Counted from the first letter of the stretch, positions 41,045 through 55,720 are shown. The stretch: 64,000 nucleotides of DNA from Octopus vulgaris (GCA_951406725.2 OX597814.1:222704001-222768000), one strand, 5' to 3'. Program-made: numbers and translations. Notes: a model not told the origin generated them from the letters alone.

Positions 41045-41205
41045 AGGTGCAGGAGTGACTGTGTGGTAAGAAGATGCTCCCCAACCACATAGTTCTGGGT
41101 TCACTCCCACTGCGTGGCACCTTGAGCATATGTCTTCTACTTTAGCTTTGGGCCGACCAAAGCATTGTGAGTGGATTTCGTAGACGAAGACCGAAAGACA
41201 CCTGT
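41045..41205 (+). mobile_element. SINE family A, 5' half
   Basis: GCAGGAGTGACTGTGTGGTAAG...TTGTGAGTGGATTTCGTAGACG. Confidence 0.85.
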
Positions 41206-41242
41206 ATATATACATATATATGTATATACATATATACATATA

Positions 41243-41370
<128 letters not shown>

Positions 41371-41714
41371 CATGTATGTACATATATATGTGTGTATATA
41401 GATATGTATGTGTGTGTATAATTATGTCAGCACCGTTATATTTATGCTCGCATATGCGTAAGTACGATCGATTATGCACATATGTGTAGGAGACGTAAGG
41501 ACGTCGGAGTGTGAAGGTGAAGGCTGTATGTATGCCTGCTTTGTGTAAATGTGAGTGGTTTCATCTGTTGTATAAAGGTAGGTGTACATTGCAAAGTCCA
41601 CTATTACCCTTTAGCAATGTCGATGCCTGGAAGCTACAGTAATGTCGGTCAATAAATAGTTTAAGATCGAAGAAGTAAATTATCACCTATTCACATTCAA
41701 AACAGAATGTAAGC

Positions 41715-41897
41715 AGAAAGGGGAAGAAGGGCAAGAAAGAAAGAAAGAAAAGAGAAAGAAAGAAAGAAAGACTAGAAGGAAGTGGTTGAGATAGAAGAAG
41801 AAAAGAAGAAGAAGAGGGAGAAGCAGGAGCAGGAGCAGGAGGGGAGAAGAAGAAGAAGAAGAAGAAGAAGAAGAAGAAGAAGAAGAAGAAGAAGAAA
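41715..41897. repeat. Purine tract, (GAAA)n/(GAA)n
   Basis: Seen directly. Confidence 0.92.
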
Positions 41898-42566
41898 CGA
41901 CAAGGAAATAGAGATATTGTGAAAGAGAAAGAGAAACAGTATGGAATAGACCCCGTTAAGAGAGATGTAATCCCCTCGTTCAAATCGCTCTGCGTAGTTT
42001 AAGAATAATTCAGTTTGCTCAAAGTTTCCTACGGGAATATATATATTCATAATATTAATGCAAACAAAGCAAGATGTGTTTAAGAAAATTTATACGTTAG
42101 GCACTGGAGTGAAAACCAAAACACTGTAATTTTCAATTATATGCCAAGGCGGTTAAATGGGCAGAATTTCAGATCGTAGATATACATTTTAATTGCTGAT
42201 CCGGTATCGACACTTGGTTACAATTCTGTTTTAAAAGATGTATGTCGAGTTAATCAGAGAATTGTTCAACGTGCTCACTCGATCTGTTATAGATAAGAAC
42301 CAGATTTATCTTAAATTACTGATAGTATTATAGAGATTAATATTATACATAGATTAAAGTAGTTCCAATTTAAAAATTTTGAAAATATGATGATATGAAT
42401 GAGGCTAAAACAATTTTAATAATAATCATCTGCAAGAGGTTTAATAACTGGCGCTGTAATATAACACCTTACACACTAGCTAAACAATTGCAACCTTTAC
42501 GGCACTTTTACTACCAACATTATAAAAACACCAAAAGTTTTAGACTTATTATTTATGATCTAATTG

Positions 42567-42782
42567 GGGCGGCGAGCTGGCAGAATCGTTAGCACACCGG
42601 CAAAATGCTTAGCTGTATTTCGTCAGCCGCTACGTTCTGAGTTCAAATTCCACCAAGGTCAAATTTTATCCTTTAGGTGTTGATAAAAGGATAAGCATCA
42701 GTTATGCACTGGGGTCGATGTAATAGACTAGCACCATTTCCACAAAAATTTTGAAGGCCTTGTGCCTAGAGTGGAAATAATT
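42567..42782 (+). mobile_element. SINE family B
   Basis: GGCGGCGAGCTGGCAGAATCGTTAGCAC...GAGTTCAAATTCC. Confidence 0.88.
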
Positions 42783-43908
42783 ATTTATAGTTATATTCAC
42801 TGAAATATCTTCCATATTTGATAATTTTAAGTTAGTGGTGATGCGAAAAGCAAAATGTTATAGTCTTGCTCATCGTTTTCCATTCCTAAGATATATTATG
42901 TAGGAATATATAATCCAACATGCCCTTACTTTAAGATGGTGTGTTGCGATTTCAAAGAGATTTAGTGGTTAGTAGTAAAAAGGCAAGCAGCGATCCCTAC
43001 GTTTGCCTCAATGAGCTCTCGTTACTCATTGGCTCGTTAATCACTCTGATTTGGAGAACTTTCTTAAATTATATTACCCTAGGCTTTGCTTCTTTTTTTT
43101 TTCTTTTTGAAAATAAATGTAGATTAGAGAAAAAATTCTACTGTTTATTCATAAAATTCTTTTGAAGACCCATGATATATACTTGTATCACTATAATTGG
43201 ATACAATTTTTCAAAAGTGCTTTGGCCATTGATATTAATGATGTCAGAATGATATTCAAATCAATTTGTTATTGTATACAAATAAGGAATTTAGAAATCA
43301 AAATGATTTATAAGCAAATGACTGAAACATATGTTAACTACGTTCCAAAAATGTTAATAGGGTTATTTAGCATAAAACAAAAACAGAAACAGTGATATTG
43401 CCTGTAGATTCATTGCTATATACATGTACATTAGACAGCTCAATTATTCAAATCCGTTTCACTTTCAGACGAAATCTTTTCAGTGGTGAAGCGAATATAT
43501 TCTGGGTAAGACATTCAACAATCAGACAGAATATATCAGCATTAATGAATTTCGTAATAATAACACATTGCTGAAGATTCAAGGTTTTCTTTCGTAAACG
43601 TAGACGACTTACTAATAATAAACATTTGCATTTCTATTAATTTTATCGATATATATTACATCGTAATTATATACATAATGTGTTTTTGTCGCAGTAAAAG
43701 TTGATGACAACGATTACGTTTATTGTGAACAGGGTCGTTCTCATAAAGAAAATATTATTGCAATATTTTAACAAAAGAAAATCAAAGTCTCTCACAATGA
43801 TTTACATAAATTGCAAAAACACACGCGCGCACACACATACACACGTATACTCAAAAACACGTGTGCATGCACGTTCATATATATATATATACTATAATAT
43901 GATATATA

Positions 43909-43978
43909 TCCGCTGATGAGAGCTTCGCCTAGCAAATTATTTTATTTGCTAATTAAAAGTTCGAAACCTAGGTCCGGA
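43909..43978 (+). ncRNA. Type-I hammerhead ribozyme with intact core
   Basis: TCCG-CTGATGA-GAGCTT[TAGCAAAT/ATTTGCTA hairpin]AAGTTC-GAAA-CCTAGG-TC|CGGA; predicted GUC cleavage after 43974. Confidence 0.88.
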
Positions 43979-44163
43979 AAAAATATATTAAATTTTTCTA
44001 TTTTTTTTATTACCTCTGAAATTGCTCTTAACTGTGGTTTGAACTTTGACTTCTAGTATGTAAGGCGTTCTGTTATGTTTGTGTTTAAATGTACACTAAT
44101 TTTGTATGTGTTTATAAATATATATATATATATAAATTTATATGTGTCTCTGTGTGTGTATGT

Positions 44164-44390
44164 GAGGGCGTGTGGCTTAGTGGTTAGGGCATTCGCCTCA
44201 CAATCGTAAAGACGTGAGTTCAAGTCCCGGCGACGCGTTGTGTGCTTGAGTAAGACACTTTATTTCCCTTGCTCCAGTCCACTCAGCTGACAAAAATGAG
44301 TAGTACCTGTATTTCAAAGGACCAGCCTTGTCCCACTCTGTGTCACGCTGAATCTCCCTGAGAACTACGTTAAGGATACACGTGTCAGTG
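44164..44390 (+). mobile_element. SINE family D
   Basis: TGGCTTAGTGGTTAGG, GAGTTCAAGTCC, and a central domain shared with 25088-25295. Confidence 0.85.
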
Positions 44391-45786
44391 AAGTCCTCTT
44401 TTACGAATGTTGAGAAACTTGTAGGGAACAACAAAACACTGATTGTAAAACTCAATAGATACGGTAGAGTAAAATTTATTGATTCGTCTGACTGATCTAT
44501 TTTCACCTGGCTCAAGAAGCCATCAAACGCAAAACTTGAATCCCTGCAAGATCTTTATTATAGATATACACACACTGACACACACACACACACGTCTGTC
44601 TGTGTGTATATATATATCATGCATACATATCTTGAGAAAAATGAAAGTTGGAGAGAAATAGAGATAGTTTTACCTCATTCATTGGTGTCGTTACTAATTA
44701 TAAGAAGTTCATCATTTTATTGCAAAACAGTAATCAAAGATTATTTAGCTGCGCCCTTTCTTTTCTGTCTTCATTTTTCGGTATATAACATATTTCGGAC
44801 TACAGTTTACAATTCGTCCTGAACTTAAGTACTTCCATATCATATAGTCAAATGCCATTTGTTAGGAAAATAACAATTTAAATCCTAGGAATACATTTGC
44901 ATAATCTATAGTCGATTAAGCGTAATAAATACCACAAGTAGGAGATGTACATTATTTTAACAATGATTTCTATACTCTCTCACATTCTATATGAGGCAGC
45001 AATAATTGGAGAAAGCATAATCTACATTGACCAGCATCACAGATACAATAATATTTTCTTAATTCTTAGATGTTAACATCTATAATGATTTATTTAGGAC
45101 TTTAGATTTGCAGATGGCCAACGAAATATCATATACCTATCATCACAAATCTTCAGAATATTGCAGAATTTGAAAACAAGACAGTGAATGCAGAAAAATC
45201 TGGAAACAATATATGTCATAAACCACTGTGTTTTCGTGTAAATAATCATATATTAACCTATGTATAGATTTATGTTTTAGATACGTTCATCTCGATTAAT
45301 GTTACCAAGTAAAATTCAATAACTGCTGCGAAAATTTTACATCTACACATAAATAAAAAAAAGTAACTGAATAACGAATTATCAAGAAATGTGATTTATT
45401 CCGTTACCAAGGAAAGCATGGTGTATCACCTCCTTTTTCGTGAAAGGTATATTTCCTATTCAAATACGCCAGTTTGGAAGCAAGAGAAAGATCAATTTCT
45501 GCAGGGCACAGAATTTGTTATAACATATCCTGCGATTTCAGTCAACAACCGGATATTAGTCTCTTGAACAAAGTGTATCATTTGTCTACTTTTCAGAAAT
45601 TAAATGTCCTGGCAAATATGCAACTTATTGAGAAACGATATATGTGAGTGTACGTATGTATGTATGTATGAATGTATTTATGTATGTATGTATGTATGTA
45701 TGTATGTATGTATGTATGTATGTATGTATGTATGAATGAATGAATGTATGCGTGTATGTATGTATGTATGAATGTATTTATGTATG

Positions 45787-45820
<34 letters not shown>

Positions 45821-46269
45821 TGCATGTATACAAACAATTAATCTCCGTCTTTCAGTTCATGATATTCGTCTTCAAACTTACAAAATGACAAGGTAATAAC
45901 GTTTGTTAAACAAGCACTCTTATACGATTGAAGATGACAAACGAATTATAAGAATCTAGTTAATGGAGGTATGAAGACATGTTTAGAAGTTCAGAAGTTC
46001 AATATGTAATTTGATTTCTATTAATGCATGAACTAAAACGATCAAGTTCTTGCCATCAAGAACTAATAAAATATTGACACTTTTAGGTCGACCAGCTATA
46101 GCACATCGTCTCATAGTCACTACAACCTCTGTACTGACAACCGTCTTATCTGTCAGTCTATCTATTTATCTCCTTATTTACCTGTATGTATGGCTGTTTA
46201 TCTATCGATTTACTTGTATACTTGCCCCTTTCTTTCTTTGTTTCTCTTTCTCTCTCTCGAATAACAGAT

Positions 46270-46545
46270 GAGGTTACCATAAAGAGACATCTATACGCCA
46301 TTGAGTTGTGGTGATAAATGCTTGTACAACACCTATATTCAGTCATTCTTGCTCTACCCGTCTCCCCTCATCATTCAATTTCTTGCGTCCAAACTGCCAG
46401 GCCTCACTCAAACAGACTCGCCCATTCTTTGTGTATCAAAACATTAGTCGTTTGCAATTTTTAGCATGTTCGTGTGTATTGTACAGGAATTAGCTTGCAA
46501 ATGTTCAAGTCCCTCTTAACCATCTGTAAGTTAACTTTGGCAATC
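46270..46545 (-). mobile_element. Possible decayed RTE 3' fragment
   Basis: PKLTYRWLR/QMVKRDLNIC...KEWASL patches resemble an RTE C-terminus. Confidence 0.35.
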
Positions 46546-47721
46546 CGATTAACCAGCCTAGAAGAAACTCGTAATTCGATGAGCATAGTACCGGCCTTGG
46601 AAGCCCGAAAGAAAATTATAATTCCTCTGCTGTTCTACAATATTTATTGCGCGTTCGAGTCTGTCTTTCGAAGTATTCAATAATAACAAAGAGAATGATT
46701 CTTCAAATTCAATTCATTTAAAGATACTGTCATGTGCTGTAGTTACGGTCATACAAATTTGAGAGCAGTCTTTAACATGCTCCACTGCCTTCTTCGCTTG
46801 AAATATTACACTAATTTAAAACATGTACTAAGCTCGGTGCAATATTCGAGCATGAGGTGCACTCGGCAACAATTTCATTTACTTTAACTTTATTTGACTG
46901 AGTGCTAACGCACGGACGTAAAAACATTTCAATCGATAAACATTACTTTTGTAGTGATGGCAGTAAATTAGACATAGCAAATTTGGTTAAGAAAATGAGG
47001 CAACAATACCGAAATTTTGATTATGTATGCAGAAATGAAATGTAAAAAAATAACATTCGTTCGAGGAGCTATATTTCATAAATTTGAATTCGTTTTACTC
47101 CCCACATTACACATATTTGCATTATTTGCATTCTAAACTTATATAGACATGTGCTATTTTTAGAGCCTCAAATATAGTCACTCGCAGAATTTGCTCCACC
47201 TCTCTTCGCTCTGAGTTCAAATCTGAGTCAGATCAATTTTGTATTTCGACCTTTCAGGATAAAGGCAAATTTACCCCACCCACCACCACCACCAAGATGG
47301 TGTATTGGTAGAACGTCTCACCGAATTCCTTGTGTTATTCGTTCCAGTTCTTTTCATTCTAAGATCAAGTCCCATCAAGGGATAGTTCGGTTGTTGACTT
47401 AATCCCCCACTCAGTTTGACGCCATCTCCTAGCGCTGAGTGAATTTATCGGAGTTCAATTTGTTAAGAGGAGTTGCGCTTCGTTTTCAGTTTGAGAATAC
47501 CGTTTTATTACCCTACCTCCAGTTTTGGATGCCGTGGAATGTATCATGAACACTACGTTGCCTCTTGATTAAGTGAAGAAAAAAAACACACTCAAATTTT
47601 TCGTTTCGTGAGGATGGTGTATCTAGTTAAATTTTCACCTTTAATCTTCTAAGTTGTTGGAAAGATTACATTGAATCACAAACTTAGCATTAAAATGTGA
47701 AATATATATATGATCTATCTA

Positions 47722-47952
47722 GGCGGTGACTGTCAGAATCGTTAGCACGCCGGGCGAAATTCTTAGCGGTATTTCGTCCGCCACTGCGTTCTAAGTTCAA
47801 ATTGCGCCGAGGTCGACTTTGCCTTTCATCCTTTCGGGGTCGATAAATTAAGTACCATTTACGCACTGGAGTCGATGTAATCGACTTAATACCTATGTCT
47901 GTCCCTGTTTGTCCCCTCTGTGTTTAGCCCCTTGTGGGTAATAAAGAAATAG
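47722..47952 (+). mobile_element. SINE family B, full length
   Basis: Well preserved from the head to the TAATAAAGAAATAG tail. Confidence 0.92.
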
Positions 47953-48526
47953 ATATATCTATCAATACTGATCTATTTCACGCTACTCTAAAGTTTAAAT
48001 GAAGCAAATATACCACTGGTACTTATATTATTGACCTTAAAATGATAGTGTAGTTTCCGGCAAAAACTGAAGGAAGGTTACACTAAAGACCGCAATGCAG
48101 TGAAGTATACCACTCTACAGATTTACATATCCAAGTGTATTTTCCATCAATAGTGATTAATTTCTTTAAACCACGACCACCAGTTGTATGCAAATAGGAT
48201 TTGCTGCAATATATTATTTATTTTATCATCCCTGTGGATTGCTATTATTTATATTATCGGTAGCGAAGTTAGAAAAACTAACGTCTGTCGAGGATGTATA
48301 ATGAGCTTTTTTTTTAATGTTACATATTAAAAGCAAACGTTCATCCGATTGGGCCACTTAGGTGCGCTCAATAATTTTCACATATATTTTAACAAATTCC
48401 ACTCTTTCATCTTGAGATATTCTGCAAGTTTTTGGCGCACACACTCACTCGCTGTCACTAACATATACACACATATGCATACATTAGCACCCCGAATCCC
48501 AATACATGTATATATAATACACACAC

Positions 48527-48607
<81 letters not shown>

Positions 48608-48609
48608 AC

Positions 48610-48912
48610 GATAAATGGTCGCCCTTTTCAAGCCTAGCCAGGCTCATGGGCCCGGTTTCCCAGTTTCTGTGGCGTATGTGTTCCCCCCAGCTGGACGGGA
48701 CGCCAGTCCATCGCAGCGTTACTCAGGAAACAGGAAGAGAGAGTGAGAAAAAGTTGTGGTGAAAGAGTACTACAGGGATCGTCACTACCCCCTGCCGGGG
48801 CGTCGTGGAGCTCTTTAGGTGTTTTCGCTCAATAAACACACACAACGCCCGGTCTAGGGATCGAAACTGCGATCCTCCGACCGTGAGTCCGTTACCCTAA
48901 CCACTTGGCCAT
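48610..48912 (-). mobile_element. SINE with family C head and V-SINE-like domain
   Basis: Head as in 21121-21403; the 3' part contains GCGATGGACTGGCGTCCCGTCCAG. Confidence 0.85.
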
Positions 48913-49552
48913 ATGTATATATACATACTCATATTTTGGAAGAATAATGAATTACAGATATGTTTATATCACAAATTTATTAATAACTGCATCGAGTGAC
49001 ACCAAATTATATTTCTTTCTAGTCCACAGCTATACACATTAATGATTCGCAAACCTAACTTCAAAAATAACAAACAAAATTTTAATTGACTTTCAGATAT
49101 TCAAACGTGTATTTTTTTTCAATCTAAGGAATCTCACTTCGCTTTTAATAAATGTGGCTCTGATAAAATCTGAGTACATGTTTTTCATAATATTTAATTT
49201 CTTTTTTCTCAAAACCATTTCTACTACCAGATGAGAAGCAAATATACGCATTGAACTAATAGATATACGGCGATATTTAAATCATATAAATGTGTACATA
49301 TAGGATCGGTTGGTTGCGTCAGACGTGCTAATATTAAAGCTCAAAAGAGTATATGGAAAGTTGGAAGGGAGAAATCGAAATGAAAATCCAAACGTAAAGA
49401 TTAACGTATACATCCTACGGCCATCTCTGGAATACATACACACACACAAACACACACACACAACAACACACACACACACACACAAACACACTCACACACA
49501 CATACACACACAAACACACACAAACACACTCACACACACACACACACACTCA

Positions 49553-49615
<63 letters not shown>

Positions 49616-49913
49616 TTTACTATGGATTGCTTGAAGATTATTTCAATCTCTGGATCTCACACACACACATATATATATATATACATATATATATATGTAT
49701 GCATATATATACGTATGTATATATTTATGTATGTATATATGTATGTTTATATATATATATGTGTGTGTATGTGTGTGTGTTTGTATGCATGTGTGCGTGT
49801 CTCAACCCATATTTCGGAACGAGTTTCTTAACTACACAACCTCGTTTAAACATACATACATACATATATATTGTACTAAGAAATGTAAACATAAATAGAT
49901 ATCTATATGTGTG

Positions 49914-50104
49914 TGGCAGAACCGTTAGCACGCCGGGCGAAATGCGTAGCCGTATTTCGTCCGCCGCTACGTTCTGAGTTCAAATTCCGCCGAGATAGAC
50001 TTTGCCTTTCATCCTTTCGCGGTCGATAAATTAAGTACTAGTTACGCACTGGGGTCGATGTAATCGACTTAATCCGTTTGTCTGTCCTTGTTAGTCCCCT
50101 CTAT

Positions 50105-50108
<4 letters not shown>
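49914..50108 (+). mobile_element. SINE family B
   Basis: GGCAGAACCGTTAGCACGCCGGGCGAAATGC...GAGTTCAAATTCC. Confidence 0.92.
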
Positions 50109-50154
<46 letters not shown>

Positions 50155-50157
<3 letters not shown>

Positions 50158-51250
50158 TAAAAAGAATTCCAACCTTGTCTGATTTTCACGTTTTATTTAC
50201 AATCTTATAATGATATATTATAAGATAATATATTATAATTGAATAAAATAAAATGAAATAGTAGAATGTTAAATATTCATTGTGATTGAACTAGTACTTT
50301 CATGCATTGAATTCTGCAATCTTCGGGTTCATGTAGTAGTGTTGACAGTCATGCTTCACAATTTTTGACTGTAGCAAGATGAGTGATTCTGTGCTATAAA
50401 TACAGCTGGGTAGGCTCCAGAGTGCTAGGTTTTGCAAACTGTATTCTGACCAATCAGTGTGTAGTATCACTCAATTACTTAAGCTGATTGGTTGGTTGAG
50501 CTGATTGGTTTAGGCATCACGCTTTGTTGGACAGGTCAAGAGTCCTGTATTTTGACCCTGGCCGAAGCAGCAATTGTTGGGTTATTTTTAGAAATGTTGT
50601 AAATATCCTTTGTCAGAGATTTTTATATTTTTATATTTCAATTGTCATCATCATCATTGTCAGCACCTTAATTATTGTTGCTAGTGGTGATGGTGGTGGC
50701 AATAGAACTTTTAACCCTAAATAAGATAATTTTCCTGCTATCTTCGTCTTGATCACCTTTAGTATTGTTGTTGTTGTTAGTGGTCATGGTCGTAGCAGTG
50801 GAAGTAATACCTCTAAGTATTATTATTATTGCTTATTTAGCTTGGGTTCGAATTTATCAATAAAATTCTTTTCTCTGATTTTCCTCTCGATTTCACTTGG
50901 GCTGTGTAATTTGTAGAATGGAAATATTATATATATTTTCCGACCACATGTTGCTAGGTGGTTACTCAAAGGTATCTGACGGACCTCTGGGTCTCTAATC
51001 TGTTGCCGGTGTACACGTGAGCGTTCTAATAGTGCATTTCCCGTCTGACCTACATATATTTCTTCACAATTTGGGCATTTGATGCAGTAAATTAAATTTC
51101 TGCTTTTGCAGTTCATATTCGCGTTTGTGAATATTTTCCCGGTTTTTGTGTTTATATATTGACCGGTATGTATGAATTGGCATGTGCCACATCGGCTATC
51201 ATTGCATTTAGATACCGTGAATGTTTGGTCTTTGTTGCTGAGGTCAAATT
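50155..51250 (-). mobile_element. 5'-truncated Penelope-like element: open GIY-YIG domain plus 3' terminal repeat region
   Basis: ORF 50826-51116: NLIYCIKCPNCEEIYVGQTG...R..VH...RKIREKNFIDKFEPKLN; hammerhead at 50287-50331; (TA)n on both sides. Confidence 0.92.
50287..50331 (-). ncRNA. Hammerhead motif with a U4C core change
   Basis: TGAAC-CCGAAGA-TTGC...GCAT-GAAA-GTAC-TA|GTTCA. Confidence 0.75.
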
Positions 51251-52415
51251 ATATATATATATATATACAGTGCATGCACACACACACTCACACACAGACA
51301 CACACACACTCACATGAAAAATAGAATGCGCGTTTAGGGGAGAGAGAATACGTGCGTGAGAGATGACGAATAGGAACGTGTATTTGGATAGAGATACACG
51401 TGTATGGTAAAATACAAAGGCTTAACGTGTGTGAAAGTGTGCTTGACGTAGTATGTTATGAATACTATAGCGAATACTCAACGGGCTTTATTCGTTTAAC
51501 GGAGAGAATTGTATATGTGTTATTGTGTATAACCTTGTGTGGGGGTGATTATTTTAGATTTAAATTTACGTGCGTTTCTGAAAATCGATCTCTGCGACTG
51601 TTTGGGAATTACTGATCATATGTTTTCCTGTTTGATTTATTTTTCATCTTTTCAAAATTATTTAAGATATAAAAATATACATAATTTAAAACGGAGAATG
51701 TTCATTCTAAATTTTAATGATGTGTATACAATTTCTCATAAGTGGTGTTTACTTCTCGTATACTTATATTTCTTTTTTATTTCTTCTTTTTTTTTTCTAA
51801 AGCAATCTTTGTCACATAACTTGTTCCTTCTCAAATTCTTTCTGAAACATAATTAGTTTATATCAACAAATATAATTCTACCTAAATCAATATTTACGCA
51901 TATGAAGTTTATCCCAAGACAATCCCAGATCAGAATTCAATTATCTCGATAAATAGAATTGTTTTGAATTACTTTTAAGAACAAATGTATGTATGCTTAT
52001 GGACATTTCCGATTGGCGATGAGAAAATAATTTCAGATTATCCAGAATTTCGCCAGTAACAATATTTATTCTTCGTCGATGACTTAGAGCTAATTATTGT
52101 AAATCTATAGACACTTTTATGGGAATGTAGAGAAAATATATTCTTACTGTGATTTTTTACAGACGAGTACAACCAATGTTGAGCGATAAGGATAAATCCA
52201 TGAAATGAAGCTGAAGCTATAATCAATACATACTGTTTATAAAGAGACATGAATTTCATACATTTGCTCACACTTTTACCCTCTTGAAAGGTATCATCAA
52301 AGACACACGTATGTGCATTTATAGGTAGCAATGGATTTCATAAATTTACTCATATTTTTTACTCTTACATACACTCTCATGCAGGAAGACGCACAAACAT
52401 TTACGCTATTTTCAC

Positions 52416-52421
<6 letters not shown>

Positions 52422-52498
<77 letters not shown>
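52422..52498. repeat. (CT)n microsatellite
   Basis: Seen directly. Confidence 0.98.
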
Positions 52499-52501
<3 letters not shown>

Positions 52502-53043
52502 CTCTCATTCTCTTCGTCTCGTACATCCCCTTAGACGTGACCAACTTTCCAAATGTTACCTCTGACTAAACACTCTTTCAAGCACATACACGTTTGATTT
52601 CTCTCTCTAATTCATCTATCTGTATCTGCATGTCAATTCATAATCGTGTATCTTATAAATGAATACAAAGAATACGAATTTGCAGTCGGAAGTTCTGCCA
52701 TATCTTACAATAGTTAGAAAGCTAGGGGAACTATTCAGCTTCCTCAAAGTACTAATCTATCGAGCGTTTTTCGAGAGCATCTAACGGCTGCTGAACTGTG
52801 AATGAATTGCAAAAGTAAGCTTCTATAATTCCGATATCACAACGTTCATAGACCACAATATTTTCGTACTGAGGCTAAGATGTTTCTTTTTGATGAGTAA
52901 TATTTCAAAAATAACTAGATATTTAACTGCCAAAAATATTCAGTCTGATTTTGTTATAGAAAAATACTAATATCCTCTATCAAGTCATTCATTAACATAC
53001 TTCGAGATTTATCTATGGTGCCTTCTCAAGCTTATTCACTTAC

Positions 53044-53243
53044 AGCACAAGATCTTGAGTTCATCTTGAGCAGTTCACTAAATATCATTACCCGATAGGC
53101 CAGCCCCAAAAAACTCATCCCTCTTATTTCCACAACCTTTATTAAGTCACCTCGTAAAGATTCCCCACACAAACTCCATACATTGCATTTGTCAAAGAGA
53201 TATAAGTCAATGTGTGCGTGCTGTTTTAAATGACTCACTAGGT
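53044..53243 (-). CDS. Candidate internal coding exon (200 nt), protein unidentified
   Basis: GTACAG| ... GCT|GTAAGT; one frame is fully open: LVSHLKQHAHIDLYLFDKCNVWSLCGESLRGDLIKVVEIRGMSFLGLAYRVMIFSELLKMNSRSCA. Confidence 0.42.
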
Positions 53244-53679
53244 CTGTACATTTAATACGAAAAATATTTTTTTCTGTATGAATAAATGTGCAAGAGAATA
53301 AATATTTGTTATATCATGAGAAGACATCGCAAACAGTTCTTAAAAGTTGCAAATCGGATTGAAATCATGTGAATACTGGAAATGACTATAGAAATTATTC
53401 ACCTAATGTTTGGTGTTCTCATTGTTCATAAATATAATTAATTAACTTGAGTTAAAACTTCTGAATGGAAGCAGTATTTCTAACCGGATACATTATGTGA
53501 GAGGAGTTAGAACACATAATTGCGTCAACAAAGGCTAAGAAGAGCATGAAGTGGTGAATGAATAAAAGAACGTGGTTATAAAGTTATTAGAAAAATATGT
53601 ATGAATTATATTAAATAAGGAAATTTGAATCTTCTCTATGGATGCTTTACTAATAACGGTTATAGAGTTGTTTAAAATG

Positions 53680-53726
<47 letters not shown>

Positions 53727-53727
53727 C

Positions 53728-53798
<71 letters not shown>

Positions 53799-53964
53799 CA
53801 GATAGATAGATAGATACATACATACATGAATGGATGGGTAAATAGATAGATATACATATATTTAGATATATATATGTATACGTTTATATGTATATTTATA
53901 CACATATATTTATACACACATATACACGTTTGTGTGTTTGTGTGTGTGGTTGCGTGTGTGTGTA

Positions 53965-54009
<45 letters not shown>

Positions 54010-54329
54010 CTGGTTGTGTATGTATACAGAACAAGTGCTTTGAAGTTTTTCGTAATTATATTACTATGTTAGTAGAACATTCATTATTACCATCGAAAGT
54101 TGAGTTCTAATAACAATTGCTCTCACATCTTTTCTAAGACATTTGACTAAGACAATCAATATGACCTTGCCGCATAGTATAGTATTTGACGTATGTATAG
54201 GCTTATATATCGATGCCTTTACACCGAAACAGACTCATGAACGATAGCGACCTTTAAAAAAAATCAATTTCATTCGCGGCTAAAGAATACTTTAGGTGAT
54301 ATTGCAAAGAAGGTGAGGAAGTAAATTTT

Positions 54330-55460
54330 TGTGAAGACAGGGATATCAGCTAGAAAAAGTAATAAAACGAATATTCTTCAAGTCCAGCCCAGCAGTGGAA
54401 GTTTAATCCAAACAAAATAGAGAAATCATATACGCCAGTCCTGACTTGATCAACCTCCCAAATAGCATACCACTTTCCATAGCAATAGCAGGCAGAAGGC
54501 TGAGATGCCATATATGTGAGTATTAAAACATCTAAATGTTTTCTACCCACTACGAAAGAAAACTAAAATGTAGGGAGGCTCCATTTGCTGCCTATTAGCT
54601 CACCCTGGTAGCAACATCAGTAGAAATAGCAGCAGCGTTTCTAACGCCAAGAGGTAGAGTAGCAGTACCAAGGCCGGCGTTATCAAAAGCAGCAGCAACA
54701 GCCGTTCAAGAATTTGGACCTGGAGATCTCCATTTCCAGCGACTTCGAGGGCCACCACCCAGTGGTGTCGAGCGTCAAGGAAGAGCCCTCGACTACAACA
54801 AGACGACCAAAGTTGATTTTTTTTTCCAATGTCTGGTGTCTCCCGCCCCTAAACCATAGACCATCACCTAATCACCCTTACCGATCTTGTTGCTTAACAA
54901 CAACAACAGCAACAACAACAACAACAGCAACAACACCAAAAGAAACAGTAGAATAATACACACATGCACACACACACAACACACACACATACACACGCAC
55001 GCACACAAACATCAGCACACACCAACACCACAAGGCAGGAGAAAGATACTATCAACACCAACGCAACTCAAATGGACCCAACCCTTACTATTCAATCAGA
55101 CTACATACACAGATATATTCAATTGTGCAAACATCACTAACTGCAGCAAAAAATCTCCCGCGAAAAAATCTAAGGGAAATGATCCTCAGAATAGCTGCTT
55201 GTGAAAGGTAAGAGTAGAACCTGGGAAAGCTAATACTTACCAGTCATAAATGAACAACTTATAAGAGGAGACATAGCAACGAATAAACCCCACACTTCAA
55301 CACCGATACAACCAAAAACACCTGCAACGTTAGAAATACAAACAACACCAGGGGAAGCACAAGCCAGGTCTCTCTAGCATGATGAACACCCCGAACAAAC
55401 AAAAGGCATCACCAGCTATATGGTCAGAGACACAAGCAACGTGGACTTAAAACATCAATA
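54330..55460 (+). mobile_element. Decayed LINE ORF1-like region with a zinc knuckle
   Basis: IAGRRLRCHICE, frameshift, KHLNVFYP at about 54480-54550 (CX2CX4HX4C-like), followed by an A/C-rich low-complexity tract. Confidence 0.5.
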
Positions 55461-55491
55461 CCCAAACGTTACACACAATGAACAAATCATA

Positions 55492-55720
55492 CCTATTTCT
55501 TTATTACCCACAAGGGGCTAAACATAGAGGAGACAAACATGGACAAACATAGGTATTAAGTCGATTATATCGACCCCAATGCTTAACTGGTACTTAATTT
55601 ATCGACCCCGAAAGGATGAAAGGCAAAGTCGACCTCGGCGGATTTTGAACTCACAACGTAACGGCAGCCGAAATACCGCTAAGCACTTCGCCCGACGTGC
55701 TAACGATTCTGCTAGCTCGC
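55492..55720 (-). mobile_element. SINE family B, full length
   Basis: Reverse complement of 47722-47952. Confidence 0.92.

Noticed and set aside
47722-47805. tRNA-like A/B boxes
   Set aside because: These are SINE heads; no acceptor stem or complete cloverleaf is evident.
52038-52331. 97-aa minus-strand ORF with possible splice sites
   Set aside because: Frame and acceptor are ambiguous; too weak to list as an exon.
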